A stretch of DNA of 53,447 nt from an uncultured Gammaproteobacteria bacterium. GTDB taxonomy: Bacteria; Patescibacteriota; Patescibacteriia; Magasanikbacterales; GWA2-37-8. A program made the position numbers and the translations under genes. Location of the stretch: assembly GCA_964363145.1 (NCBI GenBank), contig CAYIHE010000001.1:1-53447 (forward strand). Reading direction: 5' to 3'. Under the pieces are notes generated by a model, which ran no database searches, was not told the DNA's origin, and was given only the letters and a program-made list of their open reading frames with translations. Positions 25,837-33,593 of the stretch are shown here, one piece after another (within the stretch, counting starts at the first letter, position 1; each line of letters opens with the position of its first letter).

Positions 25837-28107
25837 CTATTCCTGCCAAAATCTTCCTTGCTCGAACATCTGCCTTTTCCACTTGTAGAAGTTTAGATAC
25901 TCACATAAAGTAAGTGGTGAACTGGTAGCGGAATTATAATCACCGGCTTCACACTTAATTTGATCGGGAATGTTATAACTGATTGTTCTTTCCCCTTTTT
26001 CGTCAATTTGATTGATATACAATCCAAACTCATGCATGCCAAGCAAGTTAGGATATTTTTCCCGATCATCAAAAATAGAATGCCCTTCAAACGAATTTGG
26101 AACATTAATGCCCAACAAATTTAAAACCGAAGGCGCGAAGTCAATTCCGGACATATATTTATCTATTTTCTTCGGCAAAATATTACTCGGCACGTACATC
26201 ATAAACGCGTTTTCATCATAAAAATTTACCTTGCCGGCGTCTTCCGGAAAAATATCTTTTGTAACTCCGGCCGGAAAAACAGCGTGATCCGCAATCGCGA
26301 TCACAATTGTATTGTCATAGAATCTACTTATTTTAAATCTCTCCCAAAATATCCTAAAAGCATCATCCGTTGTATGAAACGCGTTTAAAGCGTTGCTTCG
26401 GCTGTTCCTAAATTGAACCACGTCCTTAACGGAAGTAAATGGCAAATGGGAATCAACAGTGGCAAGCATCATAAAAAACGGTTCCGGCTTTTTTTCCAGC
26501 ATATCCATCATCACCGGAAACATTTGGTGGTCGGAATAACCCCAGGCCAAGGGCTCGCCTGGAATAATTTTTGCCAATTCCGCGGTGCCAAAAACCTCAT
26601 CAGTGCCCATGCTGGCAAATAGCGTATCCTTATTCGCAAAATTTTTCTGCACAGCCGTAATATATCCGGTGTACTTGTATCCGTTATTTTTTAATATCTT
26701 CGGAAGACATTGCAAATACACTTTCTTGATCCTCTTTTCTTTTTCAAACTCTTCATGCCCGGTTGGCGGCAAAAACGAACAAAGCTGGGACATGATTCCG
26801 GTTATGCTGGGCGTGGAAGCGTTATATAAATTCCAAAAAACCGTGGTGTTTTTATCGTTCGCAAATTCATCCAAGCCTGGCGTTAAATTTTTAAATCGGT
26901 TGTTATTGTAAACATCCACGAACCGCGAAGAAAAAGATTCCAAATAAATCAAAATTACATTCGGCTTTTCATTTTTAAATTTTTCCGGAAGCAATATCTC
27001 GGATTTTGCGTACACCTTGTCCTTGGAAGCGACGGAAAATTTGTCTGTATTGTATTTCAATCCGAATCTTTCCAATTTGCCAAAAACATACGGAGGCAAA
27101 TTTATTTTTACGTTTTTACTAAAAAAATAATTATAAAATGATCTGGCAACAACAAATTCTGGCGCGGATTGAATAGAACTTGACGCTCCGATTACCAGGA
27201 AACCGGTCAAAATTATTAAATAATGATAAAATTTCCAATATCGTTTTGAGGCAATGTTGTGCGCGCGCAAGACATATTTGACAACAGTCAGCAGAGCGAC
27301 AAAACTGATAAGATACGCGGCCAACAGGATGTAGGTAAGCCAGTTCCAAATAACGCCGCTGGATTCGCCGGCATGCTGTAAAACAACCGGACTAAAATAT
27401 AAACCCGCGAAATAAAGCACGCCAGCATTGACTACCCACAGAAATAACACAAGCATCTGCGCGCCAGCCCAAATTAAAATTCCCAAATAACGCCACCATT
27501 TTTTACTTCCCATATAAACCAGCGCGCCAAGCGCGAACCCGATCATCCAGAGCATTGTCATTGACCACGACCGGAAGACAATTATGTTGTAAATTTTACT
27601 TTGCGCGTCTAAAATATAAAATTTAAATCCAAAATATTGCAAGGCGCTGTTTAACGTAAAAAGAAAAATAACAATGGCAAACACGCCTTTGTTTATTACC
27701 TTCCAGTCGGGAGCGCCGTGGTGTCCGGATAATTGCCGGCTGACCACAAAAAATAAAAGCGTCAAAATACCAATTGAATAAATTAAGCTTAACAAATCAT
27801 TCCGCGAAAAAAATACTAAAAACAACAACGAGGCGGTCAGAAAAAGCTTGTCTATTGATTTGGCAAAATATGTATACCAAAAAGGATGCCTTTCGGTTTT
27901 TCTAACTATATATAAAAATAATTTCTTTCCGGCAATAAATAAAAGATAAACAACAACCCATGTGGCTATGGAAATTAAAATAAACCTTGCGTGCGGCTTG
28001 TGTTTTAGATGATACCAATTCCAACCGGCGGTAATAATAAAGGCGCCGGCTAACGGGTAGAGAGCCGGCAACCAAGTTTTAACGCGATTAAAAATTAATT
28101 TTAACAT
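25837..28107 (-). CDS. LtaS-like membrane-anchored sulfatase/phosphoglycerol transferase
   Basis: 756 aa. About 10 N-terminal TM helices, then an alkaline-phosphatase-superfamily domain (ILIYLESFSS, ATVDSHLPF, IADHAVF). Confidence 0.8.
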   Translation of the reverse strand: MLKLIFNRVKTWLPALYPLAGAFIITAGWNWYHLKHKPHARFILISIATWVVVYLLFIAGKKLFLYIVRKTERHPFWYTYFAKSIDKLFLTASLLFLVFFSRNDLLSLIYSIGILTLLFFVVSRQLSGHHGAPDWKVINKGVFAIVIFLFTLNSALQYFGFKFYILDAQSKIYNIIVFRSWSMTMLWMIGFALGALVYMGSKKWWRYLGILIWAGAQMLVLFLWVVNAGVLYFAGLYFSPVVLQHAGESSGVIWNWLTYILLAAYLISFVALLTVVKYVLRAHNIASKRYWKFYHYLIILTGFLVIGASSSIQSAPEFVVARSFYNYFFSKNVKINLPPYVFGKLERFGLKYNTDKFSVASKDKVYAKSEILLPEKFKNEKPNVILIYLESFSSRFVDVYNNNRFKNLTPGLDEFANDKNTTVFWNLYNASTPSITGIMSQLCSFLPPTGHEEFEKEKRIKKVYLQCLPKILKNNGYKYTGYITAVQKNFANKDTLFASMGTDEVFGTAELAKIIPGEPLAWGYSDHQMFPVMMDMLEKKPEPFFMMLATVDSHLPFTSVKDVVQFRNSRSNALNAFHTTDDAFRIFWERFKISRFYDNTIVIAIADHAVFPAGVTKDIFPEDAGKVNFYDENAFMMYVPSNILPKKIDKYMSGIDFAPSVLNLLGINVPNSFEGHSIFDDREKYPNLLGMHEFGLYINQIDEKGERTISYNIPDQIKCEAGDYNSATSSPLTLCEYLNFYKWKRQMFEQGRFWQE

Positions 28108-28108
28108 T

Positions 28109-28468
28109 TTAATCCTCTATTTTGTACTCCTTTTCTTCGCGGCTTGCTTTTTTGTCTTTAGATTTCACCCGTTGCATCATTTTGTATTTTTTTAATTCCA
28201 ACTCCAAGTAGTCTCTAATTTTATCAACTGCTTTATATAAAGTTTCTTCCTGTTTGGAAGCAAATAAATTCTTGCCCGGCACATCCAATTTGCATTCGGC
28301 AAAAAACTTCTTTCCTTTTAGATGATGATCGCTGCTTACGCCAACCACAACATCGGCTCTGATAATTTTATCGTTATAAAATTTATTTAAAGCCAGCATT
28401 TTTTTATTAACGTAATCTTTGATAGCTTCGGAAAGTTCCGTGTTTTTGCCGGTTATTTGTATTTGCAT
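28109..28468 (-). CDS. hpf: Ribosome hibernation promoting factor
   Basis: 119 aa. MQIQITGKNTELSEAIKDYVNKKM...FFAECKLDVPGKNLFA is typical of HPF/RaiA. Confidence 0.9.
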   Translation of the reverse strand: MQIQITGKNTELSEAIKDYVNKKMLALNKFYNDKIIRADVVVGVSSDHHLKGKKFFAECKLDVPGKNLFASKQEETLYKAVDKIRDYLELELKKYKMMQRVKSKDKKASREEKEYKIED

Positions 28469-28474
28469 ATTTTT

Positions 28475-28563
28475 TAGCTAGTAGCTTTTTAGGTTGTAGC
28501 TATTTAGCTTGTAGTTTTTTAGGTTGTCCCCTAAGAAGCTAACAAGCTACAAGCTAAGAAGCT
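28475..28563. repeat. Direct and inverted AGCT/GTTGTAG low-complexity repeat
   Basis: 22-nt direct repeats TAGCT(A/T)GTAG(C)TTTTTAGGTTG at 28475-28496 and 28505-28526. Arms TTAGCTTGTAG / CTACAAGCTAA. Fills the murB-hpf spacer. Confidence 0.7.
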
Positions 28564-28569
28564 GATTAT

Positions 28570-29520
28570 TTATTTAATTATTTGAACTTCCGGTTCCAAC
28601 TCCACGCCAAATTTATTATATACTCTTTGTTTGATTTCTTCAACTAAAACCAAAACATCCGCTTGGGTGGCGTTGTTAAAATTTACAATATAATTACCGT
28701 GTTCGTCCGAAATTTTGGCTCCTCCCGCGGATAGCCCACGCAGTCCCAGCTGTTCTGTCATCCACCCAACCGGCACTGTGCCTCTTTGTAAAAATAATTC
28801 CGGCAAATCTTTTTTGTCGCCGATCCATTTGTCCAGCTTCATATTTTTAAAAAAACTGCCGGCCGAAGGATAAGGCGTGTGTTTTCTTTGTTTTAAATAT
28901 TCTTGCATCTTGGCCATAACTACCTGCTTATCCCCCGCCTCCAAACGAATACACGCGCGTAAAATTACATCTTGATTGTGTTTAAAATTACTATCCCGGT
29001 AGCCATAGCCGCATTCAGGCATGGATAATTTTAAAATTTCACCATCGCGCCAAACTTCTGCCCACTGCAAAATAGCGGAGGTGTCCATCCCCATAGCGCC
29101 GGCATTGCCGCGCACCGCGCCGCCAATACTGCCCGGAACACCGATACCCCAAGCTAAACCCTGTAATGAATTTTGTACGGCAAAATTCACCACCGCGCTC
29201 AAGCTTAAGCCGGCGTCTACTTCTAAATTAAATTTATCTTCTGTTGGAATTAGTTTTGGCGCTTCATTGCTGGAAATATGAATAACCAATCCATCAAAAC
29301 CCTCGTCGCTAATCAGCAAGTTTGATCCTCCGCTTAAAATTAAATATTTTACATCCGAGTCTTTTAAATAATTCAAAAGCCCAATAAATTGTTCGCTTTT
29401 ATTTACACTAATAAAAAATCTGGCCGGACCGCCGATTTTGATGGTAACGTGTTTAGCCAAAAGTTCGTTGGTTTTTACCCGGCCAAACTCCTTTAATTTG
29501 TGATAAAATTCATCCGTCAT
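28570..29520 (-). CDS. murB: UDP-N-acetylenolpyruvoylglucosamine reductase
   Basis: 316 aa. FAD-binding KIGGPARFF and ILSGGSNLLISDEGFDGLVI. C-terminal GGAKISDEHGNYIVN. Confidence 0.9.
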   Translation of the reverse strand: MTDEFYHKLKEFGRVKTNELLAKHVTIKIGGPARFFISVNKSEQFIGLLNYLKDSDVKYLILSGGSNLLISDEGFDGLVIHISSNEAPKLIPTEDKFNLEVDAGLSLSAVVNFAVQNSLQGLAWGIGVPGSIGGAVRGNAGAMGMDTSAILQWAEVWRDGEILKLSMPECGYGYRDSNFKHNQDVILRACIRLEAGDKQVVMAKMQEYLKQRKHTPYPSAGSFFKNMKLDKWIGDKKDLPELFLQRGTVPVGWMTEQLGLRGLSAGGAKISDEHGNYIVNFNNATQADVLVLVEEIKQRVYNKFGVELEPEVQIIK

Positions 29521-29577
29521 ACGCCTTGCTTTTTATGCTTTTCTCGGGTAGTATATTCCTTAGTATATAGTAAATTT

Positions 29578-30840
29578 ATGCCTAATTCAAATAGCCTGAT
29601 TAAGGCGGTAGAAAAGCGGCTTGCCAAGCGCCGTTTGTTTTATGTCTGCCGGGACATAGAAAGGGCGGCTGGCCTGCGCGCAAAAAATTATTTTGTGATT
29701 GCGAATCATACAAACTACGCCGCCAAGCTGGCCCGCCAAGACTCTAATATTATTCTAATAAAAGAAAAAAATCAACTGGACACGCAAGAATTATTAAAAC
29801 ATCCGCGAGTAGAAAAGATAATCCGCAAAAACGATTTTGTTTTAGTGTTTAAAAATAATTCAATTATTGAAGATGCCTGCCAAAAACACGGCTGGCATTT
29901 GTTAAACCCCGGCGCCAAATTGGCGGATAAAATAGAAAGCAAAATCTCGCAAATTGAGTGGCTGGGCCATTTGGCCAAATATCTGCCAAAACATCGCGTG
30001 GATATTTGCCAAAATATCAAATGGCCCGGCAAACCTTTTATCTTACAATACAACCACGCGCATACCGGTAGCGGCACTTTATTTATAAACACCAAAAAAA
30101 GATTAAATGAACTGGCAATAAAATTTCCGAAACGACCTGTAAGAATTTCCCAATATATAGAAGGACCGGCATTTACCAACAACAATGTGGTCTGGGACGA
30201 TAAGATTTTAATGGGAAACATAAATTATCAAATCACGGGATTGGCGCCTTTTACCGACAATAAATTCGCCACCATTGGCAATGATTGGATGCTGCCGAGT
30301 AAAGTTCTAAGCACTAAGCAGATTAAGCAATATAAGCAGATTGTAACCGAAATCGGAAGGAAATTAAGCAAAGACGGCTGGAAAGGATTATTCGGAATTG
30401 ATATTATAATGGATGAAAAAAATGGACGGCTTTACTTGCTGGAAATAAACGCCCGCCAGCCGGCTTCTACGACGTTTGAGTCACAATTGCAGAAGTCTAA
30501 AGTCCAAAGTCTAAAGCATGCCCCGTACCGAACAGAAGGTTCTGGTTCGAGGTCAAAAGTCTCCACCTTTGAAGCCCATCTGGCCAGTCTGTTAGACTTA
30601 ACAAATAAGGAATATAAACTAATTTCCGTACACGATGGCGCGCAGATTATTCAACGAGTAACGAAGAAAAAAATAAAAATACCCAAAATAAAAAATAAAT
30701 CAATCCTAAATATTATCGCTTACAACAACACAGCTATCGGCGCCGACCTGACAAGAATTCAGTGTAGCCATGGCATAATGCAAACCGCAAATACGTTTAA
30801 TAAAATAGGCAAAGAAATCCGCTCTGCGCTAAAAAAATAA
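29578..30840 (+). CDS. ATP-grasp family ligase (substrate unknown) carrying an in-frame repeat insertion
   Basis: Start taken at MPNSNSL. GLFGIDIIMDEKNGRLYLLEINARQPAS is an ATP-grasp C-terminal motif. Divergent from murB. Confidence 0.7.
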   Translation: MPNSNSLIKAVEKRLAKRRLFYVCRDIERAAGLRAKNYFVIANHTNYAAKLARQDSNIILIKEKNQLDTQELLKHPRVEKIIRKNDFVLVFKNNSIIEDACQKHGWHLLNPGAKLADKIESKISQIEWLGHLAKYLPKHRVDICQNIKWPGKPFILQYNHAHTGSGTLFINTKKRLNELAIKFPKRPVRISQYIEGPAFTNNNVVWDDKILMGNINYQITGLAPFTDNKFATIGNDWMLPSKVLSTKQIKQYKQIVTEIGRKLSKDGWKGLFGIDIIMDEKNGRLYLLEINARQPASTTFESQLQKSKVQSLKHAPYRTEGSGSRSKVSTFEAHLASLLDLTNKEYKLISVHDGAQIIQRVTKKKIKIPKIKNKSILNIIAYNNTAIGADLTRIQCSHGIMQTANTFNKIGKEIRSALKK

Positions 30841-30842
30841 AT

Positions 30843-31658
30843 ATGGAAGAAAAACTATCGCCACAAGCGCAAAAAATTATTCAGGAGTATATTAGCTTGC
30901 CATTTGCCAACGTGGCGGGCGCGCGTTGTCCATATTTTAATAACGCCAAACTGGGCCAGCGCGGCCAGCTGAAAGTTTTAGTCGGTAAAGGCGCGCCCGC
31001 GGAAATAGTGGAAGAAGCGAAAATAATTTCTATCCAATACTGCCACGGCCTTTTTGACAAAGACGGCTTGTGCGATGTCCACCTGGATCATCCGGCGCCA
31101 CACGAACAAACCGAATGTGTGCGCCAATTTTTAGTAGATAATAATTTGGGCGTGGATTGTTCGGGTTTTGTGGTTAATGTTTTGCGGGCGCATTTTTTGG
31201 AAACAAAAAAGATTGATTTTACTAAAAAACTTTTTATTGCTTCGCGAACAAATTTATTGCGCCGACTTATCACCCGCTTGCGTCCGGTGGAACAAGTAAG
31301 CGTGGCGGTTTTGGCTGATGAAAAAAATTCCGAAATCGTAAGTGGTTTGTCATCTATTAAACCGGCGGATTTAATTATCATGCTAAAAACCGGTCCGAAT
31401 AAAAATCATAATCATGTTTTATTGGTTACAGAAAAAAATGACCGCGGAATTAAATACGCGCACGCCCGAGCTTGGCCAAGCGAAGGCAAATACGGCCACG
31501 GCGTGACCGAAGGCATTATTACAATCACAGATCCAAATCAAGGACTGTTGGCGCAAACTTGGGAAGAAAAAAACATGGTAAATCAAGACAACGAAACTTA
31601 TTTGGAAGCCAAGCAAGCTGAAATTTTAACAATAAAAAGACTATGGATCTCAAACTAA
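30843..31658 (+). CDS. Hypothetical protein with an NlpC/P60 (C40)-like Cys-His signature
   Basis: 271 aa. GVDCSGFVVNVLR and PADLIIML...HNHVLLV resemble the C40 catalytic Cys and His blocks. 2-nt gap after the ATP-grasp gene. Confidence 0.45.
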   Translation: MEEKLSPQAQKIIQEYISLPFANVAGARCPYFNNAKLGQRGQLKVLVGKGAPAEIVEEAKIISIQYCHGLFDKDGLCDVHLDHPAPHEQTECVRQFLVDNNLGVDCSGFVVNVLRAHFLETKKIDFTKKLFIASRTNLLRRLITRLRPVEQVSVAVLADEKNSEIVSGLSSIKPADLIIMLKTGPNKNHNHVLLVTEKNDRGIKYAHARAWPSEGKYGHGVTEGIITITDPNQGLLAQTWEEKNMVNQDNETYLEAKQAEILTIKRLWISN

Positions 31659-32758
31659 TCCAACACGCTCTTACCTATTTACTTTTTTCCGCCATCGGCG
31701 CGTTTATTTGGGCTCCGCTACTCACAAAATTTTTATACAAATACAAAATAACCCGCCGGGCGGAATTTGATTTTACGCTTAAAGGCGAGCGAAACCAAAA
31801 AATAGGTACGCCGATTATGGGAGGACTGCTGGTGATTATTACAGTTACGGTAATTACGGTGCTTTTTAATTGGAATCGGGAAAATACCTATGTGCCAATT
31901 GGCGTAATGGGAATTGCCGCGCTGCTCGGCGCCACCGATGATTTGCTTAATATTTTTGGCAAAAAACGCCGTGAACGAAAAGTTTCTCATATCATAAAAT
32001 TAATCCGAGTGCATAAAATATGGCGCATGAAATTATGGAATATTTTAATTTTGCCATGGGAAATTTTTAGAAAAGCGGCCTCTGTTTTCGGCTCGCATCC
32101 GGGACGTGGCATCCAAGTGCATGAAAAATTATTTTTTCAATTTTTGGCCGGAGCCGTTACCGCATGGTGGATATATTTCAAACTAGGCGTGCAGTGGCAT
32201 TCTTTGTGGATACCGTTTGACGGACAGTTAAACGTTGGCTGGTGGATAATTCCCATTGTAATTTTCTTTGTAATGTTTACGGCCAACGCGGTAAATATCG
32301 CGGATGGACTAGACGGTTTGGCCGGCGGATCGCTGATTATAACTTTTTTAGGGCTAATGATAATCAGCTGGACAGAGGGTCGCGTGGCTTTTACTTTGCT
32401 TAATGCCACTACCGCCGGCGCTTTGGTGGCGTACACTTATTTCAACGTCAAACCGGCCAGATTTCAAATGGGCGACGTGGGGTCGCTGGGCTTGGGCGCT
32501 CTTATGGCCATCAACGCTATTGCTATAAATCGCGCTTTGCTAATTCCGTTTTTAGGATTTATTTTTTATATTGAAATTATTTCGGTAATTATCCAGATAT
32601 TTTTCCGCCGTTTGTTGGGAAAAAGATTTTTCAAAATGGCGCCAATACACCATCATTTTGAATTTCGCGGCTGGGGTGAAGAAAAAATTGTCATGCGTTT
32701 TTGGCTGATACACGCGTTTTTTGTGATTATGGCTATTTGGATGAGTTTGTATAAATAA
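31643..32758 (+). CDS. mraY: Phospho-N-acetylmuramoyl-pentapeptide transferase
   Basis: 371 aa. TPIMGGLLVI, NAVNIADGLDGLAGG, GDVGSLGLGA and APIHHHFE. Confidence 0.95.
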   Translation: MDLKLIQHALTYLLFSAIGAFIWAPLLTKFLYKYKITRRAEFDFTLKGERNQKIGTPIMGGLLVIITVTVITVLFNWNRENTYVPIGVMGIAALLGATDDLLNIFGKKRRERKVSHIIKLIRVHKIWRMKLWNILILPWEIFRKAASVFGSHPGRGIQVHEKLFFQFLAGAVTAWWIYFKLGVQWHSLWIPFDGQLNVGWWIIPIVIFFVMFTANAVNIADGLDGLAGGSLIITFLGLMIISWTEGRVAFTLLNATTAGALVAYTYFNVKPARFQMGDVGSLGLGALMAINAIAINRALLIPFLGFIFYIEIISVIIQIFFRRLLGKRFFKMAPIHHHFEFRGWGEEKIVMRFWLIHAFFVIMAIWMSLYK

Positions 32759-32765
32759 ATTTCAT

Positions 32766-32843
32766 TGTCATTCTGAGCGTAGCGAAGAATCTCTGTCCGT
32801 TTTGCGATTGAGACAGAGATCCTTCACTTCGTTCAGGATGACA
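32766..32843. repeat. MITE-like palindromic element, family B
   Basis: TGTCATTCTGAGCGTAGCGAAGAATCTCTGTCC...GACAGAGATCCTTCACTTCGTTCAGGATGACA. Fills the mraY / ATE-like spacer. Confidence 0.85.
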
Positions 32844-32852
32844 ACCGTATCT

Positions 32853-33593
32853 ATGTACCTAACATGGGACAAAAAAACAATCACTAATTTTGATGATAAG
32901 CCGATTGAAGAAATGTACGACGGCGGTTTTGTTTTTACGCGAATTGGCAAAGGTGTGATGAATAAAACCAGAAGTTTGCGGATTAATCTGGAAAAATTTG
33001 GACTATCTTCGGAAAACCGCCGCGTTTTAAAAAAAACCGAAGATTTGGTTTTATCCTCACACACAATCCCCTACCCAGAATACAACTGGACGATACATAA
33101 AATGGGAAAAGAATTTTACGAAAAAAAATTCGGTGACGGAGTGTTTAGCGCGCAGAAAATAAAGGAATTGATTACAAATAAAGATAAAGGTAATTTTAAT
33201 AAACTGTTTGTTTATGCGCTGTCATTGCGAGGAGCCGCAAGCGACGCGGCAATCCCAACGGAAGCACTACCAAACAATGGGATTGCTTCGCTTCCTAAAG
33301 AAGCTCGCAATGACAACATTGCCTATTGCATCGCCTTGGAAACAAAAAATATTTTGCACTACTGCTATCCGTTCTATCACCTACAACCTACAACCTACAA
33401 CCTACAACCTAACATTGGCATGGGCATGATGTTAAAAGCGATTGTCTGGGCAAAAGAAAACGGCAAACAATATATTTATTTAGGATCATTCCAACGACCG
33501 GCTGATGTTTACAAATTGCAATTTTCCGGATTGGAATGGTTTGATGGAAAAAATTGGCAAAGTGATTTGGATGAATTAAAAAAGGCGTTATGA
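32853..33593 (+). CDS. Arginyl/leucyl-tRNA--protein transferase (ATE/Bpt)-like protein carrying a full family-A element in-frame
   Basis: Start taken at MYLTWD, after the repeat. RSLRINLEKFGLSSENRRVLKK and C-terminal QYIYLGSFQRPADVYKLQFSGLEWFDGKNW resemble the ATE_N/ATE_C blocks. Similarity judged by eye only. Confidence 0.45.
   Translation: MYLTWDKKTITNFDDKPIEEMYDGGFVFTRIGKGVMNKTRSLRINLEKFGLSSENRRVLKKTEDLVLSSHTIPYPEYNWTIHKMGKEFYEKKFGDGVFSAQKIKELITNKDKGNFNKLFVYALSLRGAASDAAIPTEALPNNGIASLPKEARNDNIAYCIALETKNILHYCYPFYHLQPTTYNLQPNIGMGMMLKAIVWAKENGKQYIYLGSFQRPADVYKLQFSGLEWFDGKNWQSDLDELKKAL
33220..33315. repeat. Family A element inside the ATE-like CDS
   Basis: TGTCATTGCGAGGAGCCGCAAGCGACGCGGCAATCCC...GGGATTGCTTCG...CTCGCAATGACA, read as LSLRGAASDAAIPTEALPNNGIASLPKEARNDN. 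Confidence 0.85.
33381..33413. repeat. Heptanucleotide tandem repeat (CTACAAC x4 plus a partial unit) inside a CDS
   Basis: Perfect units at 33381-87, 33388-94, 33395-401 and 33402-08. Confidence 0.9.

Noticed and set aside
29500-29577. Upstream extensions of several ORFs in the track: 29500 for the ATP-grasp gene, 32802 for the ATE-like gene, 35291 for the zinc ribbon, 42013 for the lipoprotein, 11624 for rsmI, 53333 for the last gene, 23321 and 52158 for the SD-led genes.
   Set aside because: The extensions run through repeats, terminators or divergent promoters. Internal ATGs give canonical N-termini, signal peptides or correctly spaced SD sequences.
30530-30565. GGTTCGAGG resembling a tRNA T-arm, and a similar GATTCAATCC at about 11655-11670.
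   Set aside because: No acceptor or anticodon stems could be built around either. Both lie inside other assigned features (an ATP-grasp insert and a candidate RNA stem).
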